Assembly (NCBI GenBank): GCA_041309225.1
Contig: JBFYZZ010000152.1
Span: 6,121-70,120, forward strand
Direction of reading: 5' to 3'
Origin: Deltaproteobacteria bacterium
Lineage (GTDB): Bacteria > Myxococcota_A > UBA796 > JAFGLY01
DNA length: 64,000 nt
Within the stretch, counting starts at the first letter, position 1. Each line of letters starts with the position of its first letter. Positions 11,217 to 19,803 of the stretch are shown piece by piece. The notes below the pieces were generated by a model that made no database searches, was not told the DNA's origin, and saw nothing but the letters and a program-made list of their open reading frames with translations. The position numbers and the translations under genes were made by a program.

Positions 11217-11459
11217 CTATACGTCCTCGAGGATCTCCAGGACGTAGCGCCTCTTCTTCTTGCCCCCGATGGCGTTGACCAGGCGCCGGATGGCATCGGC
11301 GTGGATGCCGTGCTTGCCGATCACCTTGCCGACGTCCTCCTTGGCGACCTCGAGCTCCAGGACACAGGAGTGGGTCCCCTCGACCTCGTGGCAGTGGACC
11401 TGCTCGGGGAAGTCCACCAGTGCCTTCACGATGAGCTCCACCAGCTCGCGGACCTCCAT
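11217..11459 (-). CDS. KH-domain RNA-binding protein (UPF0109/YlqC-like)
   Basis: ORF 11217..11756 trimmed to ATG 11459, giving 80 aa. MEVRELVELIVKALVDFPEQV..VAKEDVGKVIGKHGIHADAIRRLVNAIG (GxxG KH loop). Confidence 0.8.
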   Translation of the reverse strand: MEVRELVELIVKALVDFPEQVHCHEVEGTHSCVLELEVAKEDVGKVIGKHGIHADAIRRLVNAIGGKKKRRYVLEILEDV

Positions 11460-11671
11460 CGAGTCCCCCACGGCGGCCTGATCTCCGGTGTGACGGGGTT
11501 CCATCGCGGCCTCCACTGCATGTCGCCGTTTCTGCCTTGCCTGCTCGATCACCTGATCGTGATCCTTTCGCGCGTCGACGTGTGCCGTCAAGTGGAGATG
11601 ACGATGGCGCCCGACCGTGAATAGGATGGGGGCCCGGCTGCGTCCTGCCGTGTGGACCCTCGCCGCGCGCG

Positions 11672-11700
11672 GGAACGGATCACCCCCCCGGGGTGTCTCT
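11672..11700 (+). promoter_or_regulatory. ECF-type promoter candidate upstream of the ECF sigma gene
   Basis: GGAACGG-17 nt-TCTCT lies about 55 nt upstream of ATG 11755. It resembles GGAAC..TCT-type autoregulated ECF promoters. Confidence 0.25.
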
Positions 11701-11754
11701 CCCGACGTCCTTCGGCGCGGACCCGTGACCTCCGCCACGGAACCGGAGCCGCCC

Positions 11755-12375
11755 ATGACCGCCGCCCCCGCTCGTCAGCCCCCGCCCCTCCCCGTCGTCC
11801 CGACCGAGGCGACCCTGAAGGATCTCGCCCGGCGCGACCGCAGCGCGGCGCTCGACGGCGTCATCCGCACCTACCGCGATCGCCTGTTCCAGCACGCCCT
11901 GTATATCGTCAAGGACAGCCAGGAAGCCTACGACGTGGTGCAGGAGGTCTTCATCAAGGCCATGCGGGAGCCACGCCTCTTCGACGCCGACTTCCACGTC
12001 AAGGCCTGGCTGTTCCGGGTCACCTCCAACCTCTGCTACAACATCGTACGCGACCGGCGCCGGAGGGGGGGCATCCTCGAGAGCCTCGGCCGGCGCGACG
12101 AGATCCCGGCCAGCCAGCACGACCGGGTCCGCGACGGGGAGCGCCGGGACGAGGTCCTGACCCGCATGGACGACCTCTCCGAGGACCACCGCGAGATCCT
12201 CCTCCTCCGGTACTATGACGACCTCTCCTACAACGAGATCGCCGACGTCCTCGACATCCGGCTCGGCACGGTGATGTCCCGCCTCTCCCGGGCGCGCGCG
12301 CGCCTGGGCGCCCTCTTCGGCACCGACCACCCGGTGGTGCTCGAGGTGCTGGAGGGGGACGGGGAGACCGGATGA
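11755..12375 (+). CDS. ECF (RpoE-like) RNA polymerase sigma factor
   Basis: ORF 11617..12375 trimmed to ATG 11755 (GGAG upstream). Region 2: LFQHALYIVKDSQEAYDVVQEVFIKAM..WLFRVTSNLCYNIVRDRRR. Region 4: EILLLRYYDDLSYNEIADVLDIRLGTVMSRLSRARARL. Confidence 0.9.
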   Translation: MTAAPARQPPPLPVVPTEATLKDLARRDRSAALDGVIRTYRDRLFQHALYIVKDSQEAYDVVQEVFIKAMREPRLFDADFHVKAWLFRVTSNLCYNIVRDRRRRGGILESLGRRDEIPASQHDRVRDGERRDEVLTRMDDLSEDHREILLLRYYDDLSYNEIADVLDIRLGTVMSRLSRARARLGALFGTDHPVVLEVLEGDGETG

Positions 12376-12824
12376 CCTGCGGCGAGGTGCGGGATCGCAT
12401 CGCGCCCTTCCTGGACGGGCAGCTGCCCGAGGACGAGGCCCGGGTGGTGGCCGTGCACCTCGACGAGTGCGAGGCCTGTCGCCAGCTCGTGCTCGGGCTC
12501 GGCGCCCTGCCGCTGGGCCGGCACGGGCCTCCGCCCGTCCGGTCGCCCGAGTTCTGGGGATCCATGGATCGGGCCCTCAAGGAGGCCGCCCGGCAGCCGC
12601 CGTCCCAAGGCGAGCGGGTGAAGGCCTGGTTCCGGGCGCCGGTGACGACGTCGCGGGGCGTCGCGATCCTCGTGCTCGCCGTCCTGGCGGCTACGATCGG
12701 GCTCCACCTGGTCCGCCCCGGTGCGCCGCCCCCCCCGCTGCCGATCCAGGCCCAGGGTCCCCCGCCGCCCACGCATGGGGCCATCGCCCCGGTGTCCCAC
12801 ACGCCCGTCCGGCACCAGTACTGA
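12372..12824 (+). CDS. zinc-binding (ZAS, zf-HC2) transmembrane anti-sigma factor
   Basis: 150 aa. Its start overlaps the sigma gene stop (ATGA). HLDECEAC is an H-x3-C-x2-C motif. There is a single TM segment, GVAILVLAVLAATIGLHLV. Confidence 0.8.
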   Translation: MTCGEVRDRIAPFLDGQLPEDEARVVAVHLDECEACRQLVLGLGALPLGRHGPPPVRSPEFWGSMDRALKEAARQPPSQGERVKAWFRAPVTTSRGVAILVLAVLAATIGLHLVRPGAPPPPLPIQAQGPPPPTHGAIAPVSHTPVRHQY

Positions 12825-12897
12825 CACCGTCTCCTCGGTGCGAGCGGGTGGAAGCCTGCCTCAGGCCGACGTGTTGAACGGGCTCGGAGGTCCTGTC

Positions 12898-14016
12898 GTG
12901 GCGTTCCTGCTGCTCGTCCTCTGCCTGGCCCGGCCCGCGCCCGGCGCGGATCCGCCGCCGTCCGTGGATGCGGTCATCGACCAGGTGAGCGGCGTCCACG
13001 CGGACGGCCTCGAGGCGGACACGCTGCGCCAGGTGGCCCTCGAGGGGGTCATGGACTGGCTCGAGCAGCAGGATCCCTCGGGCGCGGTCCGGATCCTCGG
13101 CGCGAGCGACGTGGAGCGGCTCCGGGCGGAGGCCCGGGGCGAGCGGTTCGGTGTGGGCCTGGAGGTGCTGCTGGCCCGGGGATACGGCGCCCGGGTGCTC
13201 GAGGTCTTCCCGGGGACGCCCGCCGAGGAGGCGGGGATCCGGGAGGGTGACGTGGTGGTCGCGGCGGACGGGGTGGACGTCCGGGCCTCGGACCCCGAGG
13301 TGGTGCGCCAGACGCTCGATCCCGCGTCGGGCCGCACGCTTCGCCTCGGCGTGGTGTCCGCCGACGGGACCCTCCGGGAGGCCGCACTCACGCCGCGACG
13401 GTACGCGACGCCGGCCGTCACGGAGAGCCGGGGGTCCGACTACCGCATCCTCCGCGTCCACCACTTCGGACAGGGAGCCGGCCAGGCCCTGCAGACGAGC
13501 CTCGGCCACGTAGGGGAGGGGGAGGCGCTCGTGATCGATCTGCGGGACACCCGGGACGGGCGGCCCGAGGAGGCCGTGGCGGCCGCGGCGCCGTTCCTCG
13601 CCGGGGTGCCCGTGGCCGGGGTCCGTGTGGGGCCGCGGCAGGTCCGCGACGCGCTCCCGGTCCCCCCGGCGGCAAGATGGACCGGGCGCTTCGTCGTGCT
13701 GGTGAACGGCGGCACGGAGGGGGTGGCGGAACTCTTCGCCGCCGCGGTCCAGCGGGCGGCGTCCGGCGCCGTCTTCGTGGGCACGCCCACCGCGGGTGTG
13801 GACGTGCTCCCCGCCTGGGTGCGCCTCGATCGGACCCGCTGGGTGCAGGTTCCCGCCGCCCGCCTCGTCCTTCCCGACGGCAGCACCTGGAGCCACGTGG
13901 GCGTCGTCCCTGACGTGTGGGTCCAGGCCCTCCCGGGCCCGGTCCTCCTGCCTCCGCCCGCTCCGCCTCCCGACCTCCAGGTGGACGCGGCCCTGAGGCT
14001 GGTCCGTTCGCCCTGA
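12898..14016 (+). CDS. S41 peptidase-like PDZ protein, predicted catalytically inactive
   Basis: ORF 12721..14016. Preferred start is GTG 12898 (GGAGG 7 nt upstream; alternative GTG 12871), giving signal peptide VAFLLLVLCLARPAPGA. PDZ-like region: GVGLEVLLARGYGARVLEVFPGTPAEEAGIREGDVVVAADG. S41 core: VVLVNGGTEGVAELFAAAV..FVGTPTAGVDV, with Gly and Val where the Ser/Lys dyad should be. Confidence 0.8.
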   Translation: MAFLLLVLCLARPAPGADPPPSVDAVIDQVSGVHADGLEADTLRQVALEGVMDWLEQQDPSGAVRILGASDVERLRAEARGERFGVGLEVLLARGYGARVLEVFPGTPAEEAGIREGDVVVAADGVDVRASDPEVVRQTLDPASGRTLRLGVVSADGTLREAALTPRRYATPAVTESRGSDYRILRVHHFGQGAGQALQTSLGHVGEGEALVIDLRDTRDGRPEEAVAAAAPFLAGVPVAGVRVGPRQVRDALPVPPAARWTGRFVVLVNGGTEGVAELFAAAVQRAASGAVFVGTPTAGVDVLPAWVRLDRTRWVQVPAARLVLPDGSTWSHVGVVPDVWVQALPGPVLLPPPAPPPDLQVDAALRLVRSP

Positions 14017-14113
14017 TCGCGTCCGGGACGCGGTGGATCGGAAGACACGGGTCGTCACCGACGCCTTGGACCCGGGACGTGGAAACCGATAACGGGGGGG
14101 CGAATCGGACCCG

Positions 14114-15433
14114 TTGAACCGCACCCCCGGCATGCCGACCCGCACCCCGATCGATGCGCTCCTGAAGCACATGGACACCGGAGCCACCGGCGTGCTGTCC
14201 GTCGACCTGCCCGACTCGCCCGTCCGTATCCACCTCTCCGACGGCGAGATCGTGGCCGCCACGTCCGACGACGATGCGAGCGACATCCTCCACCGGCTGG
14301 TCCACGCGGGCGTGCTCGGGACGGACGACCTCGTGGGGATGGAGGTGGCGCTCGCGGACGGGGCCTCGATGTCGGGGCTCCTCTCGGGGAGCGTCCCGCA
14401 CGACGCAGTGCTGGCGCACTACACCGCCCGCTTCGAGGAGAACCTCGCCCGGTTCCTGCTCGCCCGGACCTCCGCGCGCTTCGAGGCCCGCGCGGCGGGG
14501 CACGCGGGATTTCCGAGGCTCGGACCCGATCCCTCGGACCTCGTCCTCCGCGTCCGGTCGATTGCCGAGCGGGGACGCGACCTCCTCGAGACCGCCGCGA
14601 CCCGGCGTCTCGGACCGGGATCGGTGGCCGCCTCCCCCGGGGACGCCGGGTTGCTGGCGCTCGTCGGCGACGGAGTCGTGGTCCGGGACGTCCTCGCCTG
14701 CAGCCCCGAACAGCCCGTGGCCACGGCGGCTCGGCTCCAGGGCCTCGTGGAGCGCGAGGTCCTCGCGATCCTGGAGGACGCCGCCCCGGAGCCGGTCGTG
14801 GGGCCCACCCCCGAGGCACTGGATCCCACGCTGGTGGAGCCGAGCGTCGAGGAGCGCTTCTCCATCGATCCCGGCCGCCCCGCGGGGTTGGGCGAGTTCG
14901 TGGTCGAGAAGCACCTCCTCGACTACGTGGACCTCGAGACGGGCGCTGCCGAGCGCCCGCCCGATCCTGAGGACGACGTGATCCTCGAGATGGAGGACGG
15001 GGAGGGGACCCGGGCCGCGCGCTCGGGGGCGGTGACCCTGGCCCTCGGCGGGCCGATGCTGTCCCGGGAGGAGGCGCTGAGGAAGGCCGAGGTCACCAAC
15101 GAGGTGCTCCGCGCGGTGGCGGCCGAGTTCCAGGAGACCGAGGGTTCCGGTGCGGGCTGGGCGCGGATCCAGGCGGTGCTCCAGGGAGCGCCGACGCGGT
15201 ACCAGGCCCTGTTCCGCGGCGTCGTCGCCCACCGCGACGGCTCGATGGACGCCGAGATGTTCGTACAGAACCTGCAGAAGCGCCCGGACGGGGAGCGGAG
15301 GCGCACGGCCAACGGCGCCCTGCAGGACCTGGTCGACCGATCCCTCACCCTGGCCGCCGAGTGCATCGAGGGTCCACGCCTGGACGGCATGCTCGATCGC
15401 ATCGCGGGCTTCCAGAAGCGCCTGGGGCTGTGA
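14114..15433 (+). CDS. DUF4388-like domain protein
   Basis: 439 aa (alternative ATG at 14132). The N-terminus PIDALLKHMDTGATGVLSVDLPDSPVRIHLSDGEIVAATSDDDASDILHRLVHAGVL fits the DUF4388 (PatA-N-like) pattern. The rest is unassigned. Confidence 0.7.
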   Translation: MNRTPGMPTRTPIDALLKHMDTGATGVLSVDLPDSPVRIHLSDGEIVAATSDDDASDILHRLVHAGVLGTDDLVGMEVALADGASMSGLLSGSVPHDAVLAHYTARFEENLARFLLARTSARFEARAAGHAGFPRLGPDPSDLVLRVRSIAERGRDLLETAATRRLGPGSVAASPGDAGLLALVGDGVVVRDVLACSPEQPVATAARLQGLVEREVLAILEDAAPEPVVGPTPEALDPTLVEPSVEERFSIDPGRPAGLGEFVVEKHLLDYVDLETGAAERPPDPEDDVILEMEDGEGTRAARSGAVTLALGGPMLSREEALRKAEVTNEVLRAVAAEFQETEGSGAGWARIQAVLQGAPTRYQALFRGVVAHRDGSMDAEMFVQNLQKRPDGERRRTANGALQDLVDRSLTLAAECIEGPRLDGMLDRIAGFQKRLGL

Positions 15434-16455
15434 GTCCCCGCTGGGGTGCGCTCGGGCTGCTGGGGCTGGTGGGCGCGTTCGCGCCGGCCGGAGCCCAGCC
15501 CGAGGAGCCGGGGTCCGGGCCGGACACGACGCCCGTGGGCCTGGAGGTCCCCGTCGAGGCGGTCGCGGTCGTCGGCCCCTTCGACGAGGGCGCGGTCCCG
15601 CCGGCCGTGGCCGGGGCGGCCCGGGCGAGCCGTGGCCTGCCGTTGGGGGAGCGGGTAGGGGCGGTGAGCGCGCCGTTCCTGGGCCTGCCCCACGTGGACG
15701 GCCCCACGGGCGAGGGGCGGGAGCCGGACGAGGATCCGCCGGCCCGCTACGACGCCTTCGACTGCCTCACCTTCGTGGAGGAGGTGCTGGCCCTCGTGCT
15801 GGCTCCGGATCCGGCCGAGGTGGGCACCTACCGGACCGCCCTGCGGTTCCTGGACGGGCAGGCCACGTACGCGACCAGGAACCACTTCTTCGAGTGGGAG
15901 TGGGTGCCCCGCAACGTGGCCAGCGGGTTTCTCGAGGACGTCACCGAGGCCCTCGGGGGCGCCGTGGTCCACGAGAAGGAGGTGTCCACGCAGGTCTGGA
16001 ACCGGTGGCGACGGCGACCGCGGTTCGTGCTGCCCGACGAGCGCTTCCCCACGGGACGCTTCCGCCTGGCCGTCCTCCCCCTCGAGGCGGCGCTGGCCGC
16101 GGTGTCCCGCATCCCCCCGGGCGCGATCGTGGTCACCGTCCGCACGCCCGTCCCCCACCTCCCCCTGGTCGTGACCCACGTGGGGCTCATGGTCCCGGGA
16201 CGGGTGCCGACGATGCGGCACGCCACCCACATGAGCACGCATAACGTCCGCGACGACTCGCTCGCGTGGTACGTCCAGCACCTCAAGGAGTACACGCGCT
16301 GGCCCGTGGCCGGGATCCAGGTGCTCCTGCCCAGGGAGCAGGGTCCCCGGATCGGGGCCCTGGCCCCCCCACCGGACCTCGCCCCCCCGCCCGTGCCCGC
16401 TCCGCCGTCGGTCCCCCCGCCCCCGGAGGAACCGGATCCGCCGACCCCGGGATAG
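15430..16455 (+). CDS. DUF1460-like (amidase/transglutaminase-like) exported protein with Pro-rich tail
   Basis: ORF 15361..16455 trimmed to GTG 15430, which overlaps the upstream stop (GTGA). Signal peptide: VSPRWGALGLLGLVGAFAPAGAQP. Core: YDAFDCLTFVEEVLALV..YATRNHFFEWEWVPRN. C-terminus: PPPDLAPPPVPAPPSVPPPPEEPDPPTPG. Confidence 0.7.
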   Translation: MSPRWGALGLLGLVGAFAPAGAQPEEPGSGPDTTPVGLEVPVEAVAVVGPFDEGAVPPAVAGAARASRGLPLGERVGAVSAPFLGLPHVDGPTGEGREPDEDPPARYDAFDCLTFVEEVLALVLAPDPAEVGTYRTALRFLDGQATYATRNHFFEWEWVPRNVASGFLEDVTEALGGAVVHEKEVSTQVWNRWRRRPRFVLPDERFPTGRFRLAVLPLEAALAAVSRIPPGAIVVTVRTPVPHLPLVVTHVGLMVPGRVPTMRHATHMSTHNVRDDSLAWYVQHLKEYTRWPVAGIQVLLPREQGPRIGALAPPPDLAPPPVPAPPSVPPPPEEPDPPTPG

Positions 16456-16480
16456 GCAGGGACGTTCCCAGGGAGGCGAG

Positions 16481-17980
16481 ATGACCCTCCGCCGCTTCCA
16501 GGTGCGCCACCCGGAGGGGAGCGCCGGGGCCATCCGGGAGCCCTTGCTCCTCGAGCGCGGCTTCCGGGAATACGATGCCCGGTGGCTCGTGGACCGGGAG
16601 GTGAACCTCTCCGGTCTCGTGCGGCTCGGCCGGGCCTTCGGGGCGCTCCTCCTCGAACTGGATCCCGGGACCCGCCAGGTGATCCTCGGCCACGACTACC
16701 GGGCCTACGCCCAGCGCTGCGCGCACGCGGTGGGGCTCGGGCTCGTGGGCGCCGGCCTGGAGGTGGCGGACATCGGCCTCGCCACCACGCCCATGGCCTA
16801 CTTCGCCCAGTTCCACCTGGGCATCCCGGCTTTGGCCCAGATCACCGCCAGCCACAACGAGAACGGCTGGACTGGCGTGAAGATGGGGCAGGGCCTCGCC
16901 TGCACCTTGGGCCCCGAGGAGATGGATCGGCTCCGGGCGCTCGCCCTGGAGGGCGAGCCCGGAGGTCGCCCGGGCGGCGCGTATCGCCGGGTGGAGGGGG
17001 TGGAGCGGGCCTACGTCGCGGATCTGCTGTCCGCGGGAGTGCTGGCCGGACGCCGCCGGGTGGTGCTCGCCACGGGCCACGGGACGCCGGGGCCCGTGGC
17101 GCTCGAGGTGCTCCGCGGTGCCGGTTGCGAGGTGATCCCCCTCCATACCGACCTGGACTGGACCTTCCCTCACGGGAACCCCAATCCCGAGGCGGAGTCG
17201 TTCCTCGCCGCCCTCCGGGAGGCGGTGGCCGGAGCCGAGGGGGCACTCGGCCTCGGTCTCGACGGAGACGGGGATCGGCTCGGCGTGGTCGACGAGGCCG
17301 GCCGCACGATCTATGCGGACAAGGTCGGCCTCCTCCTCGCCCGGTGGGTGGCGGGCCGCGTGGAGGATCCCCGGTTCGTGGTGGACGTGAAGTGCACCGG
17401 GCTGGTCACCGATCCCGCCGTTCTGCCGGGCCACGTCACCTGGGAGAGGACCGGCCACTCGTACATCAAGCGCGCCGTGGCGCGCGAGGCCGCCCACCTC
17501 GGATTCGAGCGCAGCGGCCACTTCTTCTTCCGCCCCCCGTTCGGGCGGGGCTACGACGACGGCCTCCTCTCCGCCCTGCACCTGCTCCGGATGCTGGATG
17601 CGACCGGCCGCACGCTCCGGGATCTCGCCGACGCGCTGCCCCCCACCTTCCAGTCGCCCAACCTCCAGCCTCCCGTGGATGACGCCCGCAAGTACGCGGT
17701 GGTGGAGGCCGTCCTCGGCCAGCTCCAGGCCCTCGCGGCCGCGGGCGGGGCGCTCGCAGGCGTGCCCCTGGTCCGGGTGGTGGCGATCAACGGGGCCCGG
17801 GCCGAGTGCGCCGACGGCTCCTGGCTGCTCGTCCGGGCCTCGTCCAACCGCCCCTCGCTCGTGGTGATGGCCGAGAGCCGGTCGGGCCCGGAGCGGACGC
17901 GCGCCCTCGTCGCCGAGGCCGGGCGCATGCTGGCTGCACTCCCCGGCGTGCCGCCGTTCGAGGAGTGGACGGCGGGGTAG
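16481..17980 (+). CDS. phosphomannomutase/phosphoglucomutase family protein
   Basis: 499 aa, with GGGAGG upstream. Motifs ITASHNENGWTGVK (phosphoserine loop), GLDGDGDRLGVVD (Mg site) and GFERSGHFFF. Confidence 0.9.
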   Translation: MTLRRFQVRHPEGSAGAIREPLLLERGFREYDARWLVDREVNLSGLVRLGRAFGALLLELDPGTRQVILGHDYRAYAQRCAHAVGLGLVGAGLEVADIGLATTPMAYFAQFHLGIPALAQITASHNENGWTGVKMGQGLACTLGPEEMDRLRALALEGEPGGRPGGAYRRVEGVERAYVADLLSAGVLAGRRRVVLATGHGTPGPVALEVLRGAGCEVIPLHTDLDWTFPHGNPNPEAESFLAALREAVAGAEGALGLGLDGDGDRLGVVDEAGRTIYADKVGLLLARWVAGRVEDPRFVVDVKCTGLVTDPAVLPGHVTWERTGHSYIKRAVAREAAHLGFERSGHFFFRPPFGRGYDDGLLSALHLLRMLDATGRTLRDLADALPPTFQSPNLQPPVDDARKYAVVEAVLGQLQALAAAGGALAGVPLVRVVAINGARAECADGSWLLVRASSNRPSLVVMAESRSGPERTRALVAEAGRMLAALPGVPPFEEWTAG

Positions 17981-17989
17981 GCCGCCTCG

Positions 17990-18012
17990 GGTGCCGCCGC
18001 CCCGGCGGCACC
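17990..18012. terminator. stem-loop between convergent genes
   Basis: ggtgccgcc-gcccc-ggcggcacc is a 9-bp stem. It lies between the stop at 17980 (+) and the stop at 18033 (-). Confidence 0.45.
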
Positions 18013-18032
18013 TGGAGGGGCGCGCGGCGGGA

Positions 18033-18269
18033 TCAGAAGGTGATCTCGCCTTCCTCGCGCGGACGATCGTACTTCGCGTTGCGCCCGAACAGGAGCGCCC
18101 GGAAGATGGGCTTCAGGTTCCCCGCCATGAGGGCATGGTGGGGGGTGAGGCCCGCGGTGGAGGTGCGTGCACAGGCGGACACGCCCAGGCCGGGGGACAC
18201 ACCGAGGCCGTCCGCGAGGGCGACCGGCACGCCGAGGAGCAGGGTCACGACGAGCATGCGGCGGAGCAT
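18033..18269 (-). CDS. small exported hypothetical protein
   Basis: ORF 18033..18317 trimmed to ATG 18269 (GGAGG 5 nt upstream). 78 aa with signal peptide MLRRMLVVTLLLGVPVALA. Good GC3 bias. Ends ..EGEITF. Confidence 0.5.
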   Translation of the reverse strand: MLRRMLVVTLLLGVPVALADGLGVSPGLGVSACARTSTAGLTPHHALMAGNLKPIFRALLFGRNAKYDRPREEGEITF

Positions 18270-18473
18270 ACAACCTCCAGTGGAGTCGGGCGGCGTGCGA
18301 GGTGGCACACCACGCACGACATCGTATCCGTGTCCGCACGGAGCCGCTCGTTGACCCCGCGGCGCGTACGCAAGGGGATTGTGAGGAAATGGTGGCGGTG
18401 CCGACCCGGATCACGACGCGGGATACGTTTCAGCCCACTCAGCACCGGAACCCCAACTCCAGGTGGAACGACC

Positions 18474-19700
18474 ATGAACATCCTGAAGGCGATCCTGGGT
18501 GTCCTCCTGCTCGCCGGCGGTCTCGCCGGCACCTCTCCCGCCTCTGCCGCCAAGGCAGGCACGTCCGGCGCCACCGAGCCGTTCTACATGAAGGACGTGC
18601 AGGCCACGGTCAACCTGCCCCCGGGCTGGGAGATGTCCCGCTGGTCCGACTGGGACTTCCGCGCCAAGACGCACGACGGGGGTCTCCAGATGAACCTGAC
18701 CTTCACCAAGTACCAGGTCGATCCCTCGCAGGAGGCGGCCGAGGGCTGGGTGAAGTTGCACACCAAGACGCTCGAGGAGGTCAAGGCGGTCGACATCAAG
18801 CCCGTCCGCACCGAGGTCGTCACCATCGGCAGCCGGACCGTGGACCGCGTGGACCTCTCCTTCAAGTTCAGCCCGACCGGGCCCGATGGCCTGTGGCAGT
18901 CGATGTCGGTCCCGGCCTGCGCCAAGACCATCCACATCGCGATCGTCTCGAACCTGAAGAACGTGCAGCTCGCCGAGGATGCGCTCAAGTACGTCGTCGA
19001 GCACCTCCAGATGGAGCGCGACGCCGACGTCCTCGACGAGTACCGGGGCCCGGTCGCCGTGGAGAAGGCCGAGTACGCCACCACCCTGCCCGAGACCTGG
19101 CGTCGCCCGACGCCCGCCGAGATGCCCCTGGTCGTGGACCGGATCTCCAAGCTCGGCCAGGACCAGGTGAACCCGGACAAGTGCTTCGTGGCGATCCACC
19201 CCCTGCCCAACACGGATCCCGACCTGCTCATGTTCTGCCAGAGCGGGCTCTACCTCGACAAGGTCGACGAGCACTCCTGGGAGGGCGTCGAGAAGACGGT
19301 CTACGATCGCTTCTTCGCCAAGAAGGCCGACGCGCCCCACGCCGAGAAGCTCATGATCGGCGATCGCCTCGGCTTCTTCTACCGGCCTCCCGCGCCCAAC
19401 GACACCCTGCGGGTGTCGGTCGCGCCCTACAACAAGGGCATCGTGATGGGCTGGGGTCTCACCCACAAGGACCGTGGGGAGACGCTCGAGAAGGCCATGA
19501 AGGCGGTGCTCGCCGAGATGAAGTACACGGGGCCCGAGGGCGGGGTGCAGCCCGTCGGCATCGCCAAGTACGTGGACTACGTCGTCAAGTACCGCCGGGC
19601 CAGCCCCATGTTCTGGGGCCCGCTGGTCCTCATCGGCGGGGTGATCGTGCTCCTCTTCGTGCTGTTCGGCCGGAAGAAGAAGGTCACCTACACGTACTAG
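18474..19700 (+). CDS. hypothetical protein with N-terminal signal peptide and C-terminal TM anchor
   Basis: Natural-looking part of ORF 17991..19700, starting at ATG 18474. Begins MNILKAILGVLLLAGGLAGTSPASAA. C-terminal TM segment: MFWGPLVLIGGVIVLLFVLFGRKKK. No family recognised. Confidence 0.75.
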   Translation: MNILKAILGVLLLAGGLAGTSPASAAKAGTSGATEPFYMKDVQATVNLPPGWEMSRWSDWDFRAKTHDGGLQMNLTFTKYQVDPSQEAAEGWVKLHTKTLEEVKAVDIKPVRTEVVTIGSRTVDRVDLSFKFSPTGPDGLWQSMSVPACAKTIHIAIVSNLKNVQLAEDALKYVVEHLQMERDADVLDEYRGPVAVEKAEYATTLPETWRRPTPAEMPLVVDRISKLGQDQVNPDKCFVAIHPLPNTDPDLLMFCQSGLYLDKVDEHSWEGVEKTVYDRFFAKKADAPHAEKLMIGDRLGFFYRPPAPNDTLRVSVAPYNKGIVMGWGLTHKDRGETLEKAMKAVLAEMKYTGPEGGVQPVGIAKYVDYVVKYRRASPMFWGPLVLIGGVIVLLFVLFGRKKKVTYTY

Positions 19701-19803
19701 CGGGGCCGGATCCGATCGGGTCACGCCGGCGGGTCATCCCGGCGGACGAACACGGGCCGCCTTCGACCCGCGGGCGCGATACCTGGGGTGCACGGAGGAC
19801 CCG

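Noticed and set aside
11460-11754. Possible ncRNA or missed gene in the 295-bp gap between the KH-domain gene and the ECF sigma gene
   Set aside because: I could identify no convincing ORF with GC3 bias and no recognisable RNA motif (RNase P, SRP, tRNA). The gap more likely holds two divergent promoters, including the weak ECF-type candidate.
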